Of a stretch of DNA of 64,000 bases, positions 63,876 through 64,000 are shown in pieces (the first letter of the stretch is position 1; the number at the start of each line of letters is the position of its first letter). The translations under genes were made by a program, and so were the position numbers. The notes beneath the pieces were generated by a model. The model was not told the DNA's origin, searched no databases, and saw nothing but the letters and a program-made list of their open reading frames with translations. Source of the DNA: Callorhinchus milii (taxonomy: Eukaryota); assembly GCF_018977255.1 (NCBI RefSeq), contig NW_024704742.1, forward strand, positions 136,216,001 through 136,280,000. The letters run 5' to 3'.

Positions 63876-64000
63876 TTAACAGTGGCGGAGCTTTACACTG
63901 AGCCTGGGGTGGAGGCGAGCGTATTCCCGTTAACTATTTTAGGACAATAAAATCGCAACACATAATATTCTTGATAAAAATGATCCCCCTTCCCCTAAAC

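Noticed and set aside
56600..64000. Expected upstream neighbour such as ELAC1
   Set aside because: No exon-like similarity found; the region is almost entirely LINE/SINE debris

Overview
Vertebrate genomic DNA, most likely a cartilaginous fish (holocephalan such as Callorhinchus, inferred from the repeat families). Two genes lie tail-to-tail, as in the SMAD4-MEX3C block of other vertebrates. MEX3C contributes its last coding exon (two KH domains plus RING, + strand, 1023-2263) and a ~4.2 kb 3'UTR. SMAD4 is complete on the - strand: a non-coding first exon in a CpG island near 56 kb, 11 coding exons (45561 to 14069) that splice with GT-AG sites into 545 aa, and a long 3'UTR to ~9.45 kb. Introns and flanks are packed with L2 and CR1 LINE fragments and two generations of tRNA/Deu-type SINEs. 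Most entries in the ORF track are noise from these repeats. The best candidate for something new is inside the 13 kb SMAD4 intron 6. It is an intact 166-codon ORF (25459-25959) with a strong splice acceptor, in frame with SMAD4 exon 6 and followed immediately by AATAAA and a GU-rich element. This suggests an alternative terminal exon giving an MH1-only SMAD4 fusion, or a nested gene. It sits next to what look by eye like decayed Harbinger transposon remnants. Other oddities: an L2 with twin-priming-like 5' inversion geometry, a Penelope-type palindrome with degenerate hammerhead cores, a 22-bp promoter VNTR carrying ETS-like sites, and a UG-rich minisatellite in the SMAD4 3'UTR.
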